The translations under genes and the position numbers were made by a program. 64,000 nucleotides of DNA from Mobula hypostoma. Taxonomy: Eukaryota. The notes beneath the pieces are model-generated. The model did not search any database, had not been told where the DNA came from, and saw only the letters and a list, made by a program, of their open reading frames with translations. Position 1 is the stretch's first letter; each line of letters begins with the position of its first letter. Location: the NCBI RefSeq assembly GCF_963921235.1, contig NC_086109.1, positions 19,284,001 to 19,348,000 of the forward strand, written 5' to 3'. Positions 52,613 to 64,000 of this stretch are shown here, in pieces.

Positions 52613-53466
52613 TGTTACGAGAATACACATAAAATTAAGATGTTTGCTGGCCTGGGCTAGCATCAGTGGCATCAGCAGTTGGTCTGCCACCTGCCCTCAG
52701 GGGAAGGAGAGATAAGGAACAATGGAGCAGCGTCTGGAGATGTGTAATGAAGGGACGTGGGAGAGAGAGAGCTGTCTGGAGCGGCTGCCCTTTTGAACCC
52801 TGAACTGTTTGAAGTGATGGACAGGCGATACCCCAGCAGGGGGATAAAAAGGGACAGGTTCGCTAAGACGGACACACGCCACCCGAGGTAACGAGACCCT
52901 GGAAGCGGTGTGCCTCTCACGAGTGGGTGAGAAGTATCAGACAACGACCAGGGTGGAAAGGTACGATCAGCGGGAACCCGGTGTGTGTCCACCCTTGCCT
53001 GGGTGCCGGGTTCACTGCAGAGGATCGACCGCATCTGGAGGAGGGGTCACAGTCGGTGACCTCAGGTGACATCACCAAGGACCCGCCCAAAAGTTGCTGG
53101 TGAGCAATCTCGCCGGTCTGTGAGTGAAGCAGTGTTCTGAATGATCAGTTGTTCCTGTTCTATCTCTCTCTTCCCCCACGTTGTCCATCGCCATGGCAAC
53201 GATTACTACAAACTGAACTGGACTGAACTTTGAGTCATTTTGAAATTTGGTCATTTACCCCTAGACAACGATAGAGCTTGATTGATGCTATTATCTTAAT
53301 TCTGTGCACATGTGTGTTTATCATCGCTGAACTGTTGCATTTATTATCCTTTCAATTACTGTGTTGCTTGTTTCTTTAATAAAACTTTCTTAGTTCTAGT
53401 ACTCCAGACTCCAACTGAGTGATCCATTTCTGCTGGTTTGGCAACCCAGTTACGGGGTACGTAACA
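52613..53466 (+). mobile_element. Solo LTR (854 bp)
   Basis: Perfect 7-bp terminal inverted repeat TGTTACG...CGTAACA, TSD GTGG (52609-52612 and 53467-53470), AATAAA near 53378, CR1 contiguous across it. Confidence 0.9.
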
Positions 53467-55659
53467 GTGGAAAGAAAGACAAATGCAACGTCAGCATTCA
53501 TTTTTAGAGGACTAGAATATAAAAGCAAGGCTGTAATTCTGAGGCATTGTAGACATTGGTCAGACCGCACTTGGAGTATTGTAAGCAGTTTTGGTCTCCT
53601 TATCTAAGAAAAGGTGAGCTGACATTGGAGAAGGTCCAGAGGAGGTTCACAAGAATGATCCAAGGAATGAAGGGGTTAATGTGTGAGGAGTGTTTTATGG
53701 CTCTGGACCTGTTCTTGTTGCAGTTGAGAGGGGGGAAATCATATTAAAAGCCATCAAATATTGAAAGACCTAGATAGAATAGATGTGGAGAGATGTTTCC
53801 TATAGTGATAGAATCTAAGGCCAGGGGGCACAGTCTCAGAATAGAAGGACATCCATTTAGGACAGGATGAGGAAACATTTCTTTAGCCAGAGGGTGGTGG
53901 ATCTGTGTAATTCATTGCCACAGATGACTGTGCAGGCCAAGACATTGGGTATATTTAGGGCAGAGGTTGATAAGTTCTTGATAAATCAGTGTATCAGAGG
54001 TTACGTGGAGAAGGCAGGAGAATGGAATTGAGAGGGATCAATAAATCAGCCGAGACGGAATGGCGGATCTGATTTAATGGCCCTAATAGCCTACTTCTGC
54101 TCCATTTCACAAGGTCTTGTGGTTTTATGGTCACATTATAAATTCATAATCTTCATAGCACCAAGATGTCAAAGGGGAAAAGAGATCAGTGGAGGCATTG
54201 CCACTACCCCATGACACTCTCACCATGACAAAAATGAAGGAGAGGAAAAGTTAATTAATAACAGAGAGAAAATCGATCATTCCATTCCCTCGCTCCGGTA
54301 CTTAGAAAACCCATAGTCATGGGATGTGCACTGTTTGATCAATGACTGATAATGGACTAATAATAGGATCAGATGAGTTAAGAATGAAAAGAAATACAGA
54401 CTGATAATGTTTTCATTAAAATTTATATGGGTTCCACTTTGATGAGAGATTTTCTCTCTAATTGTTTTCCTTCTGCAGAGTCGTGCTAATGGGTTTGTAA
54501 AAAGCCTTGTTTTTTTGTCATGCTTGCATTTTGAATATATCTAATTGAGTTTAATGCAACATTGGGAGACCCAAAGTAGAAATTCAGCGTATACTATGTT
54601 AGATGGAGTTCCTGCTTAATATCTTGCATACCCTGCAGAAGTTAATGGTCTAGAATTTCCTGGCAGATCTAAGAACACTTGTTGGTTCTACACCTACATG
54701 GTGAGGCCTCGTTTTCCTTTTGTGGATCCCTGGAGGCAACTTTCCTGCTGAAATGGTCTCAATCCTCAGGAATTTAAAACTAGTCACTTGGGAAATTTAG
54801 GAACAGGTCCAAATGGTAAAAGCCAACGATGGTGAAGTTGCTCATCAGATCAGGTAGCATCTGAGGAGAAAATATAACACGATTAATGTTTCTGATGAAA
54901 GGCTATTAATTTGAAAGATTAAGTGCTTCTTTCTCCAATGATGCTGCATAACAAGCTGGCTATCCAGCGTTCTCAGATTTATTCCAGAACAAGGCTATTG
55001 ACTCAAAACGCTGCAAAACAATTCTTCAACAGCCTGTTAAGCCACACCCTTAGTTTAGCCAGATGTTGAGCCAATCAATAACCTTTAAATGTTAATTTAA
55101 ACTGCTACAAATTAAGCAATTATAACAGAAAAGAATGGCTGTAAGGGTTCTTGGCAAGTTCAAGGTGATTTATAAATTTTAGTTAATTGACTTCAGTTAT
55201 AGGTTTAATTGCGTTTGTGTTATTGGGTGCTTTGTATTTTAATTATTACTTTTTATAAATTAATTACTTTACTTTTTTTGGAATTATTTGAATGTTTCCA
55301 AATTCAGTAAAAATTGCAAGCCTTAAAATACCTTAGCAAGTTTGAAAGACTGTCCATGTAGCGTTCATATTTTTTTTTCCTTCTACCATTTCAGACATCA
55401 GGACTCGTCTGATGTCAAACACAAAATGCTGGAAATACTTAGCAGACCAGGCAGCATCTATGGAGAAAGAAATGATTAATCTCGGTGCAGGTTCAATGGT
55501 AGTTTCTATGGTGTAATGTTTGGGGAATTACTGCTACAGCACTGATGGAGCCCTGCAGTGGAGCATAGTCAACACATCTACAACATCAGGACTTTCTCAT
55601 TCGATCTCCTGATCCTTACAGATGCAGAGGAAATGTAATGAGTGTCCAATTTGCAGTAT

Positions 55660-56090
55660 TCACTGAGCTTGGCAATTAGTTTGCAGACGTGTCATTACCA
55701 GTCAAGGTGACATCCTCAGTGTGCAATTTCTCTCTGGAAGTGCTTACATTTATATAGCCACCCTCTTCTCCCCCTGCCCCCACCGCATTCTCTTACATCG
55801 GTCCTGATATCAGCTATCTCTTGAGCTGACCTTTGAATTCTTTAGCTCTTAGTGATTCATAGATGGCATTGATTCCTATATGTTTGTTCACAGAGTTATC
55901 AGAAAAGAATCATGCCTCTAAAAATTCTCATACCTGCCTCATCTTTGCCTCTGCCAGAACCTTCATGGTGTCCCAGTTAAAGTGGTGTCCTTTTTGGTCT
56001 TCATGAGCTGAGATCAGCGACAACAGATCATGTCTCCTTCTGCCAGTTTGTGTTGAGTGTAGAGTTCACAGTAGTTCTCAAAAACATTGA
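55660..56090 (-). mobile_element. Penelope-like (Poseidon-type) 3' remnant: GIY-YIG endonuclease C-terminus plus terminal repeat
   Basis: Manual translation QHKLA/RRHDLLSLISAHEDQKGHHFNWDTMKVLAEAKMRQV*EFLEA*..SVNKHIGINAIYESLR, followed by a hammerhead-like core at 55681-55726. Confidence 0.78.
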
Positions 56091-56304
56091 CCAATATCTC
56101 ATAGAGACTGTAATGGGTAGGCTATTACAGTTGGGTGAATTCTTCCCCATACTTCTTAGCACTGTTGCATGCTGGCCTCAGATAGTCAGGTCAGTTAGAT
56201 GCTCAAGTGAACAGCTGAGATTCCTGTCCTCTGAACATTACCCTATCCATGTTATAAGTCCTGTGAAAAACGATAAACAAAAAGTAATTCATGCCCTGGA
56301 TTTA

Positions 56305-56719
56305 AACATGATTTCTCTAATTTTTGTTAATGCCCCCCTCCCCTTCTTACCCCATCCCTTATTTATTTATTATTTCCTCCCTTTTTTCTCTCTCTGTCCC
56401 TCTCACAATCACTCCTTGCCTGTTCTCCATCTTCCTCTGGGGCTCCCCTCCCTCCTTCTTTCTCCCTAGGCCTCCCATCCCATGATCCTCCCCCTTCTCC
56501 AGCTCTGTATCCTTTTTGCCAATCAACTTTCCAGCTCTTAGCTTCATCCCTCCCCCTCCTGTCTTCTCCTATCATTTTGGATCTCTCCCTCCCCCTCCTA
56601 CTTTCAAATCTCTTACTATCTCTTCTTTCAGTTAATCCTGACGAAAGGACTTGGCCTGAAACGTCAACTGTACTACTTCCTATAGCTGCTGCCTGACATG
56701 CTGCGTTCCATTTTGTTTG
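56305..56719 (+). mobile_element. Penelope-like terminal-repeat fragment
   Basis: Matches 2695-2935; contains a hammerhead core. Confidence 0.8.
56634..56669 (+). ncRNA. Minimal hammerhead ribozyme motif with intact GUC triplet
   Basis: AATC-CTGACGA-AAGGACTTGGCCT-GAAA-CGTC-AACT; AGG/CCT stem II; ACGT palindrome at stem III; stem I mismatched. Confidence 0.6.
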
Positions 56720-57343
56720 TGTTCTCTGGTTCACATCTTTACTGCTATGCTGTAGGTATTTCATTTAACAGCTCTGTAAGAGCTGCTGTTCTGCTTCCAG
56801 CCTGCTTGGGTTATTTTTGAAGATACTGTGAGGGATGATGTGGAATGTGTGCCATCCAATTAGTGGGAAGTTTTCTTGGTGAGGGACAACAAGGTTGAGG
56901 TTTTCTTTTGCTCGATGGGAGATGAAGAGAGAAGACGCTGGGGAGAACCGGTCGTAGCATATGATCGGTGGGAGACCCGTTTGTTCGACATGGATTGCAA
57001 GCAACGTTTGGAAGGTTGTGTGTACTTTCAAGTGGACTGAGGGCCCGGCACGTGAGTGACAAAGAAGTTAAGATGAGCTCCGACTTGTGCATATTTGACT
57101 GTTTAATTAGAATGGGGCCTTTCCTACCCTTTACTAATCCTTTAGTTAAGGTTCATAGATATAATTCCTTTAATTTTTTCCTGTTATTTTGTGGCATAAT
57201 TTTGTAACAGGGTAGCAAATGACACAGCATCCACACAAACCAAGGTTTGGGGTGGGATCAAGCATGCCTCAGTCTCACGAGTTTGACGGGTTTGAGGGTT
57301 GTCTTCCCTAGACATAGGCAGCCAAGGAAACCAGGGTGTTTCA
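56720..57343. mobile_element. Probable older solo LTR
   Basis: TG start, end ccagggtgtttCA, flanks tttg/attg (one mismatch), locally raised CpG content. Confidence 0.45.
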
Positions 57344-57789
57344 ATTGGTTAAATGCAAATTGTTCAGTACATGTTGGAAATGGATATTATAAACAAGCAG
57401 GAGCAGTAAGGAGGCACATCAGTTTTTGAAAGAGAAATAGCATTGATCACCTGATCAATTTTGACATCAAGTTAGTGCTAGATCTTTTGAATAGATAATT
57501 AATTACTTCTAATACTTTCCTCATGGAAATCCAATTATTTTCGGTAACTCACAAAATTCCCTTTGAAAGTTGTAGCTCTACCTGGTTTCACCTACTTTTT
57601 AGGTAGTAATTCCAGATCACAACTTGCTAAACAAAAATTCTCCTCTTCATCTCCCCTCTCATTCTTTCAATAATTACCTTCCGTCCTGCTCCAACTTTCC
57701 ATTTACTGATGTGATTTAATGATCATCTGTGTCAGAACCTTTCAGAACTTGGAAACATTCTTCCAAATCCCCCTTTTTCCAAGGACAAT

Positions 57790-59700
57790 GCCCTCTTTTT
57801 CCCATCAGGTTGGCTGAGACTAGAACTAGAGGTCATATATTCAGGGTGAAAGGTGAAATATTTAAGGAGGATCTCGGGGGAAGCTACTTTACTCAGAGGG
57901 TGAAGCAAGTGTGGAATGAGCTGCCAGCAAAAGTGGAAAATATGGGTTCATTGTAGCATTTTAGAAAATCTAGGATATGGACAGTGGTGAGAGAAAGTTT
58001 GTGAACCCTGTAGAATTTTCTCTATTTTTGCATAAATATGATCTAAAATGTGATCAGATCTTTACATTTAAGTCCTAAAACTAGATGAAGAGAATTCAAT
58101 TAAATAAATAACACAAAAACATTATACTTGTTCATTTACTTATTGAGGAAAAACTATCCAATATTACATGTATTTGTTGGAAAAAGTATGTGAGCTTTTG
58201 CTTTCAGTAACTGGTGTGATCCCCTTGTACAGCAATAACTTCAACCAAACATTTTGTGGTAGCTGTTGATCAGTCCTGCACATCAGCTTAGAGGAATTTA
58301 AGACTGTTCCTCCTCAAAAAAACTGCTTCAACTCTGGGATATTGGAGGCTTCCTTGCATGAACTGCTTGCTTCAGGTCCTTTCACAACATATATATAGGA
58401 TTAAAGTCTTGGCCATTCCAAAACACAAATTTTCTTCTTTTTAAACCATTTTGTTATTGGTTTACTCTTGTCTTTCAGATCATTGTCTTGCAGCATGATC
58501 CAAATTCCATTAAGCTTCAGGTGACAGACTGCTACCCTGACATTCTCCTGTGAAATGTCCTGATACAATTTTGAATTCATTATTCCCTCAATGATTGCCT
58601 GTTGTGCAGGACCTGAGGCAGCAAAGCAGCCCCAAACCAGAATGCTCCTTCCACCATGCTTCACAGCTGGATGAGGTTTTGGTGTTGCTGTGCAGTGCCC
58701 TTTTTCCTCCAATCATAGCAATGTGCATTTCTGCCAAAAAAATTTAAACATTTGTCTCATCTGTCCACAGAACATTGTTCCAGAAGCATTGTAGAACATC
58801 CAGGTGGTCTTTTGCAAACTTGAGATGTGCAGCAAAGTTTTTTTTTGGGAGAGCAGTGGTTCCTCCATGGCTTCCTACCATGAAGACCATTCTTGTTCAG
58901 TGTTTTTTCTTATAGTGGACTCATGAACAGAGAATTTAGCAAGTTCTTAGAGATACCTGCAGTTCTTTTGCTGTTACCTTTGAGGTTCTTTTCACCTCCT
59001 TCATCATTGCATGTTGTGCTCTTGGTGTGATCTTCACAGGATGCCCACTCCTAAGGAGAGTAGAAATAGTAGTGGGTTTCGTCCATCTGTAGACAATTTC
59101 TTTTACTGTGGACTGATGAACACCCAGCAAGTCTTTAGAAATGCTTTTGTAGCCTTTTCCAGCTTCATGCATCTCTACAATTCTTCTTCTAAGGTACTCT
59201 GAAAGTTGCTTTGATTAAGGCATAGTGCACAGAAACAGATCTTTCTTGAGAGGAGCAGGCTGTGTCAGGAACCTGACTTTGTGTGTCTTTTTTATAGGGC
59301 AGGGCACCTCTACAACCACACCCCCAATCTCATCTCATTTTTTGGAATGACTCCAAATATCTTTTGTAGAAGCTCATATAGAGATTCACATACTTATTCC
59401 ACAAACACATGTGATATTGGATCATTTTTCTCAATAAATAATTGAACAGTACAATGTTTTTTGTGTTATTTAATTAATTGGGTTCTCTTTATCTTGTTTC
59501 AGGACTTAAATGTGAAGATCTGAACACATTTTAGTCATATTTATGCAGAAATAGAGAACATTCTCCAGGGTTCACAAACTTTCTAGCACCAATGTACATG
59601 GATAAGAGAGATGTGCAGGGCCATGTTCTGGGTGCAGGTAGCTGACATGGACTAGATAGGCTGATAGGCCTGTTTTAGTGCCATAATGCTCTATGCACTC
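57790..59700 (+). mobile_element. CR1 3' fragment split by the Tc1 element
   Basis: TRTRGHIFRVKG..FTQRV..WNELP before 57982; resumes tacatggataagagag after 59594. Confidence 0.7.
57982..59594 (-). mobile_element. Full-length inactive Tc1-family DNA transposon with ~210-bp IR/DR-type TIRs
   Basis: CAGTGGTG.. left TIR (57982-~58196) is the reverse complement of ~59384-59594; TA on the right side (GA on the left); transposase fragments HEAGKGYKSISK, RSGHPVKIT, VKHGGRSILVWGCF, QDND, LEWP. Confidence 0.92.
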
Positions 59701-60511
59701 TATGGTGACACCAGATTTTCTGGGCATTAACATAACTAAATTTCCTGATCCCTGATATCATTTATCTGAAGTATATTGAATGAAATAAAGTTAGACCTTC
59801 CTTCCCACTGAACTAAGAAGAAGAAAAAGTTTTTTTTAAAAAGCCATAGATCAAATTTATGATTGATATATAGGAACTTCGGAAAGTTGGTGGGATTCTG
59901 TTCAGAAGATGGAATGGCTCCGTCCATCGCAATATTAAATTTGATTAGGAGTGCAGGGAGAATTCCTTTGCATTTTGAAACAGTGATGTTTTCTGTGGCC
60001 ATCAGAGAAGACTGGCATTTTTTCCAGAAAATGCAGCCTGCAGGAATATGCCACTGAAGTACCTGCTGACATTTCTGTACAGTACTGGTCTTCATGGGCT
60101 GCATGGTCTTGTGGTCTTACTGTTATCTCTAGAGAGGGAGTTCAGTTCAACATTTTCTGACATAGAGAGTTCTACACACTGGAACACAGCTGACAGCTTG
60201 TCTGAGTCAAAGAAACCAGCCACTGGAAGTCTTATGGGACCAAATCTGCAAGGAGATCGGTTCAGGCTGTGGACACTCATTTGCTAGATTCATGCAGCTA
60301 GCCAGGAGAATTTATTGTCCAGGGCGGCACATTAACTTGGGTACAGCTGCTGCTGGCTAATGCCAATATAATTAGTTTCACCAGCTTCAGGAAAGAATGA
60401 GCTGAAACGTCTTATTTGGAACTTCTGAATCAGACGAGACCATTCATTCTTGCGTCTGCACATACAAAATGCTAGAAAATATGAGGGCAAGCTGTACTCA
60501 GTCACCACTTT

Positions 60512-60881
60512 AAAGTTCAAAGTAAATTTGTTATCAAAGTAAATATATGTTGGCATATACAGCCATGAGATTCATTTTCTTGCTGGCAGTCACAGTATAT
60601 ACAAGGAACACAACAGAGTCAACGAAAGGCTGCTCCCAACAGGACGGACGAACAATCAATGTGCAAAAGACAAACTGTAAAAATACAAGAAAAAAAAAGA
60701 AATAATAATAACAATAAATCTATAAGCAATAAAGATCAAGAACATGAGATGAAGAATCCTTGAATGTGAGTCTATAGGTTGTGGGAATAGTTCAGCGATG
60801 GGGTAAGTGAACTTATCCCCTCTAGTTCAAGAACCCGATGGTTGAAGGGCAATACTTCTTCCTGAGCCTAGTGGTCTGAGT
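60512..60881 (-). repeat. Rex1-type LINE 3' tail
   Basis: aaagttcaaagtaaatttgttatcaaagt is the reverse complement of the tail at 50810-50832. Confidence 0.6.
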
Positions 60882-63740
60882 CCATAAGACATAGGAGCAA
60901 AATTAGGCCTTTCAGCCTATCGTGTCTGCTCCGCCATCTCATCATGGCTGATCCCGGATCCCACTCAACCTTATACACCTGCCTTCTCGCCATAACCTTT
61001 GATGCCCTGACTGATCAGCAAACTATCAATTTTCACTTTACATATACCCATGGGCTTAGTCTCAACAGCTGTCTGTGGCAGAGCATTCTACAGATTCACC
61101 ATTCCCTGGCTAAAAAATATTCCTCTTCACTTCTATTGTAAAGGGTCATCCCTCAATTTTGAGACTGTGCTCTCTAGTTCTGAGCATGCCCCACCATAGG
61201 AAACATCCTCTCCACATCCACCTTATCTCATCCTTTCAACATTCGGCAGGTTTCAATGAGATTTCCACCCCTCCCCCCCCCCACCCACCGCTAGTCTTCT
61301 AAATTCCAGTGAGTACAGGCCCAAAGCTGCCAATCGCTCCTCGTGTTAACCCTTTCATTCCCAGAATAATCTTCTTGAACTTCCTGTGGACTCTTTCCAA
61401 TGACGACACATCCTTTCTAAGATATGGGGCCCAAAACTGTTGCCAATACTCCAAGTGCGACCTGACTAGTGTCTTATAAAGCCTCAATATTATCCTTGTC
61501 TTTAAATTCTACTCACCTTGAAATGAACGCTAACATTGAATTTGCCTTCTTTACCACAGACTCAACCTGTAAATTAACCTTCTGGGAGTCTTGCATGAGA
61601 AATTCCTAAGTCCCCTTGCATCTCTGATGTTTGAATTTTTTCCCCATTTAGATTACAATCTGCACTATTGTTCCTTTTACTAAAACGCAGTATCATATAT
61701 TTCCCAACACTGTATTCCATCTGTCACTTTCTTGCCCATTCTTCCAATTTGCTTAAGTCCTTCTGAAATTTCATTGCTTCCTCAGTACTACCTATCTTCA
61801 TATCATCTGCAAACTTTGCCACAGAGCCAGCAATTCTATTATCTGAATCATTGAAAAACAATGTGAAAACTGGTAATCTCAATACTGACCCCTGAGGAAT
61901 ACTACCAGCCACTGGCACCCACCCAGAAAAGGCCCCCTTTATTCCCATTGCCTCCTGCTGCCAGCTATTCCTCGTTCCTTTAATGCTATGGAATTTTATC
62001 TTGTTAAGCACTCCCATGTGCAGCACCTTATCAACTGCCTTCTGAAAATCCAAGTAAATGACATTCACTACCTGTCCTTTGCCCACCCTGTTTGTTACTT
62101 CCTCAAAGAACTAACGGACTTGTCAGGCAAGATTTCCCTTTATGGAAACCATGCTGACTTTAACTAATTTCATCATTAATCTCCAAGTACCCCGAAAACG
62201 CATCCTTAGTAATAGACTCCAGCATTTTCCCAACCACTGAGGTTAGGCCTATAATTTCCTTACTTTTGCCTTCCTCTGTTCTTAAAGAGTGGAGTGACAT
62301 TTGCAATCTTCCAGTCCTCCGGAACCATGCTAGAATCAAGTGATTCTTGAAAGATCATGACCAATGCATCTGCTATTGCTTCGGCAACCTCTTTCAGAAC
62401 TCTGTGATATAGTCCACCTAGTCCAGGTGACTTATCTACCTTAAGGCCTTTCAGTTTGCCTAGCACTTTTTCCTTTGTAATAACAATAGCACTCACTCCT
62501 GCTCCCTGACACTCATGGGCCTCTGGCACACTGCTAGAGTATTCCACAGTGAAGACTGATGCAAAGTACTTATTATGTTCATCTGTCATTTCTTTGTCCC
62601 CCATTATTACCTCACCAAAACCATTTTCCAGTGGTCTAATATCAACTCTCACCTCCCTTTTACTCTTTATATAACTGAAAAAAAACTTTTAGTATCCTGC
62701 TTTATATTTTTGGCTAGTTTGCCCTCATATTTCATCTTTTCCCTTATTATGGTTTTTTTTAGTTGCCTTTTGTTGGAATTTTAAAAACTTCCCAATGATC
62801 CAACTTCCAACTCACTTTTTCTATATTATATGCTCCGTCCTTGGCTTTTATGCAGTCCTTAACTTCCTTGTCAGCCATGGTGCAATTTGAGAACTTCTTC
62901 CTCTGTTGGACATATCTATCCTTCACCTTGTGAACTATGCCCAAGAAATTTCAGCCACCTCTGCTCCGCCATCATCTCTGCCAATATCCCCTTCCAATCC
63001 ACCTGGGCAAGCTCCTCTCTCATGCCTCTGTAATTCCATTTATTCCATTATGATCCCGATACATACCTATCTGACTTATGTTTGTCCCTCTCAAACTGCT
63101 GTATGAATTCAATCATATTATGATCACTCTCTCCTTAAGGTTCCATTACCTTAAGCTCCCAGATAAAATCGGGATTATTACACATCCAATTTAAGATAGC
63201 CTTTCCCTGAGTAGGCTCAAGCATAAGCTGCTCTAAAAAGCCATCTCGCAGATATTCAACAAATTCCCTCTCTGCGATCTGACACCAACCTGATTTTCCC
63301 ATTCCCCTTGCTTTTTGAAGTCACCCATTACAATTGTGGCATTATCCTTATTATATTCCCTTTCCAGCTTCGTTTGCAATCTCAACCCCACATCTTGGCT
63401 ACTATTTTGAGGCCTATATGTGATTCCAATAATGGTTTTTCACCCTTGCAGTTTCATAACTCCACTCGCAAAGATTCGACATTCTCTGACCCTATGTCAT
63501 CTCTTTCTAAAAATGTAATTCCGTCTCTTACCAACAGAGCCACACCACCACCTATGCCTTCCTGCCTGTACTTTCGATACAAAGTATATCATTTGATATT
63601 AAGCTCCCAACTATGACCTCCTTTTAACCATGACTCAGTGATGCCCACAGTCATACTGACCAATCTCTAATCGCGCCACGAGTTCATCCACCTTATTCTG
63701 AATACTACGCACAGTTAAATACAGCACCTTCAGTCCTGCA
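60882..63740 (-). mobile_element. Decayed CR1 with most of ORF2
   Basis: ccataagacataggagc tail; VRSHLEY, LDFQKAVDKV, KFADD, VPEDWKIANVTPLFK; APE remnants to ~63740. Confidence 0.9.
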
Positions 63741-64000
63741 TACCTTTCAAATCTTTATTATTATTATCCAAAATTAACGAGAGTACAACAAGGTAAGCAA
63801 CACTTACAATGTCTCAAGAAAAAACACATTATTTTAATGATTGAAAAAATTTTGGTGACAAAAAGAGAGGAAAAAAATCCCTACTAAGCAAGAAAAAGTG
63901 AGGGAAAAAAAACCCATTAGGTGTTTCAACCCCAGAGCCATGCATCATACAAAAAGCTTCTAAAGATAAACATCAAATCGCCAACAAGAAAAAAAATGTA

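Larger units (their letters stand above)
51160..54132 (+). mobile_element. Decayed CR1 ORF2 plus 3' UTR, interrupted twice (Rex1-type fragment and solo LTR)
   Basis: ANVTPLFKKG, FQKSFDNVPHMRLLNK, LFTLYVNDL, VRPHLEYC; colinear with 8960-10430. Confidence 0.88.

Noticed and set aside
60080..60160. Plus-frame YWSSWAAWSCGLT resembles a thrombospondin type-1 repeat
   Set aside because: Lacks the following C..TCG..R.R pattern, and the frame closes soon after
1..64000. Prokaryotic systems (operons, CRISPR arrays, defence islands)
   Set aside because: The sequence is vertebrate repeat-rich DNA; the RT and nuclease ORFs are all standard retrotransposon domains

Overview
Eukaryotic, repeat-dense, about 40% GC vertebrate DNA. 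The repeat mix (CR1 LINEs, V-SINE/HE1-type tRNA SINEs, Rex1/Babar LINEs, Penelope fragments) suggests a cartilaginous fish, probably a ray; this is inference. I could not identify any host protein-coding gene, and every long ORF is transposon-derived. Best-supported elements: a young 4.3-kb Gypsy LTR retrotransposon of the CsRn1 type (11627-15908; CHCC Gag motif, tRNA-Trp PBS, 4-bp TSD), an 854-bp solo LTR (52613-53466), a full-length dead IR/DR Tc1 transposon (57982-59594), three long CR1 LINEs and several multi-level nested insertions. The most interesting signal not visible in the ORF track is a set of minimal hammerhead-ribozyme cores carried by two Penelope-like families. One pair sits in an inverted arrangement, and one core lies directly downstream of a GIY-YIG endonuclease remnant. 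Unique DNA holds a few exon-like segments, an unexplained ~65-bp local duplication and possible conserved non-coding elements, all low confidence. Family names were assigned by eye from motifs, not by database search, and boundaries of old repeats are approximate.
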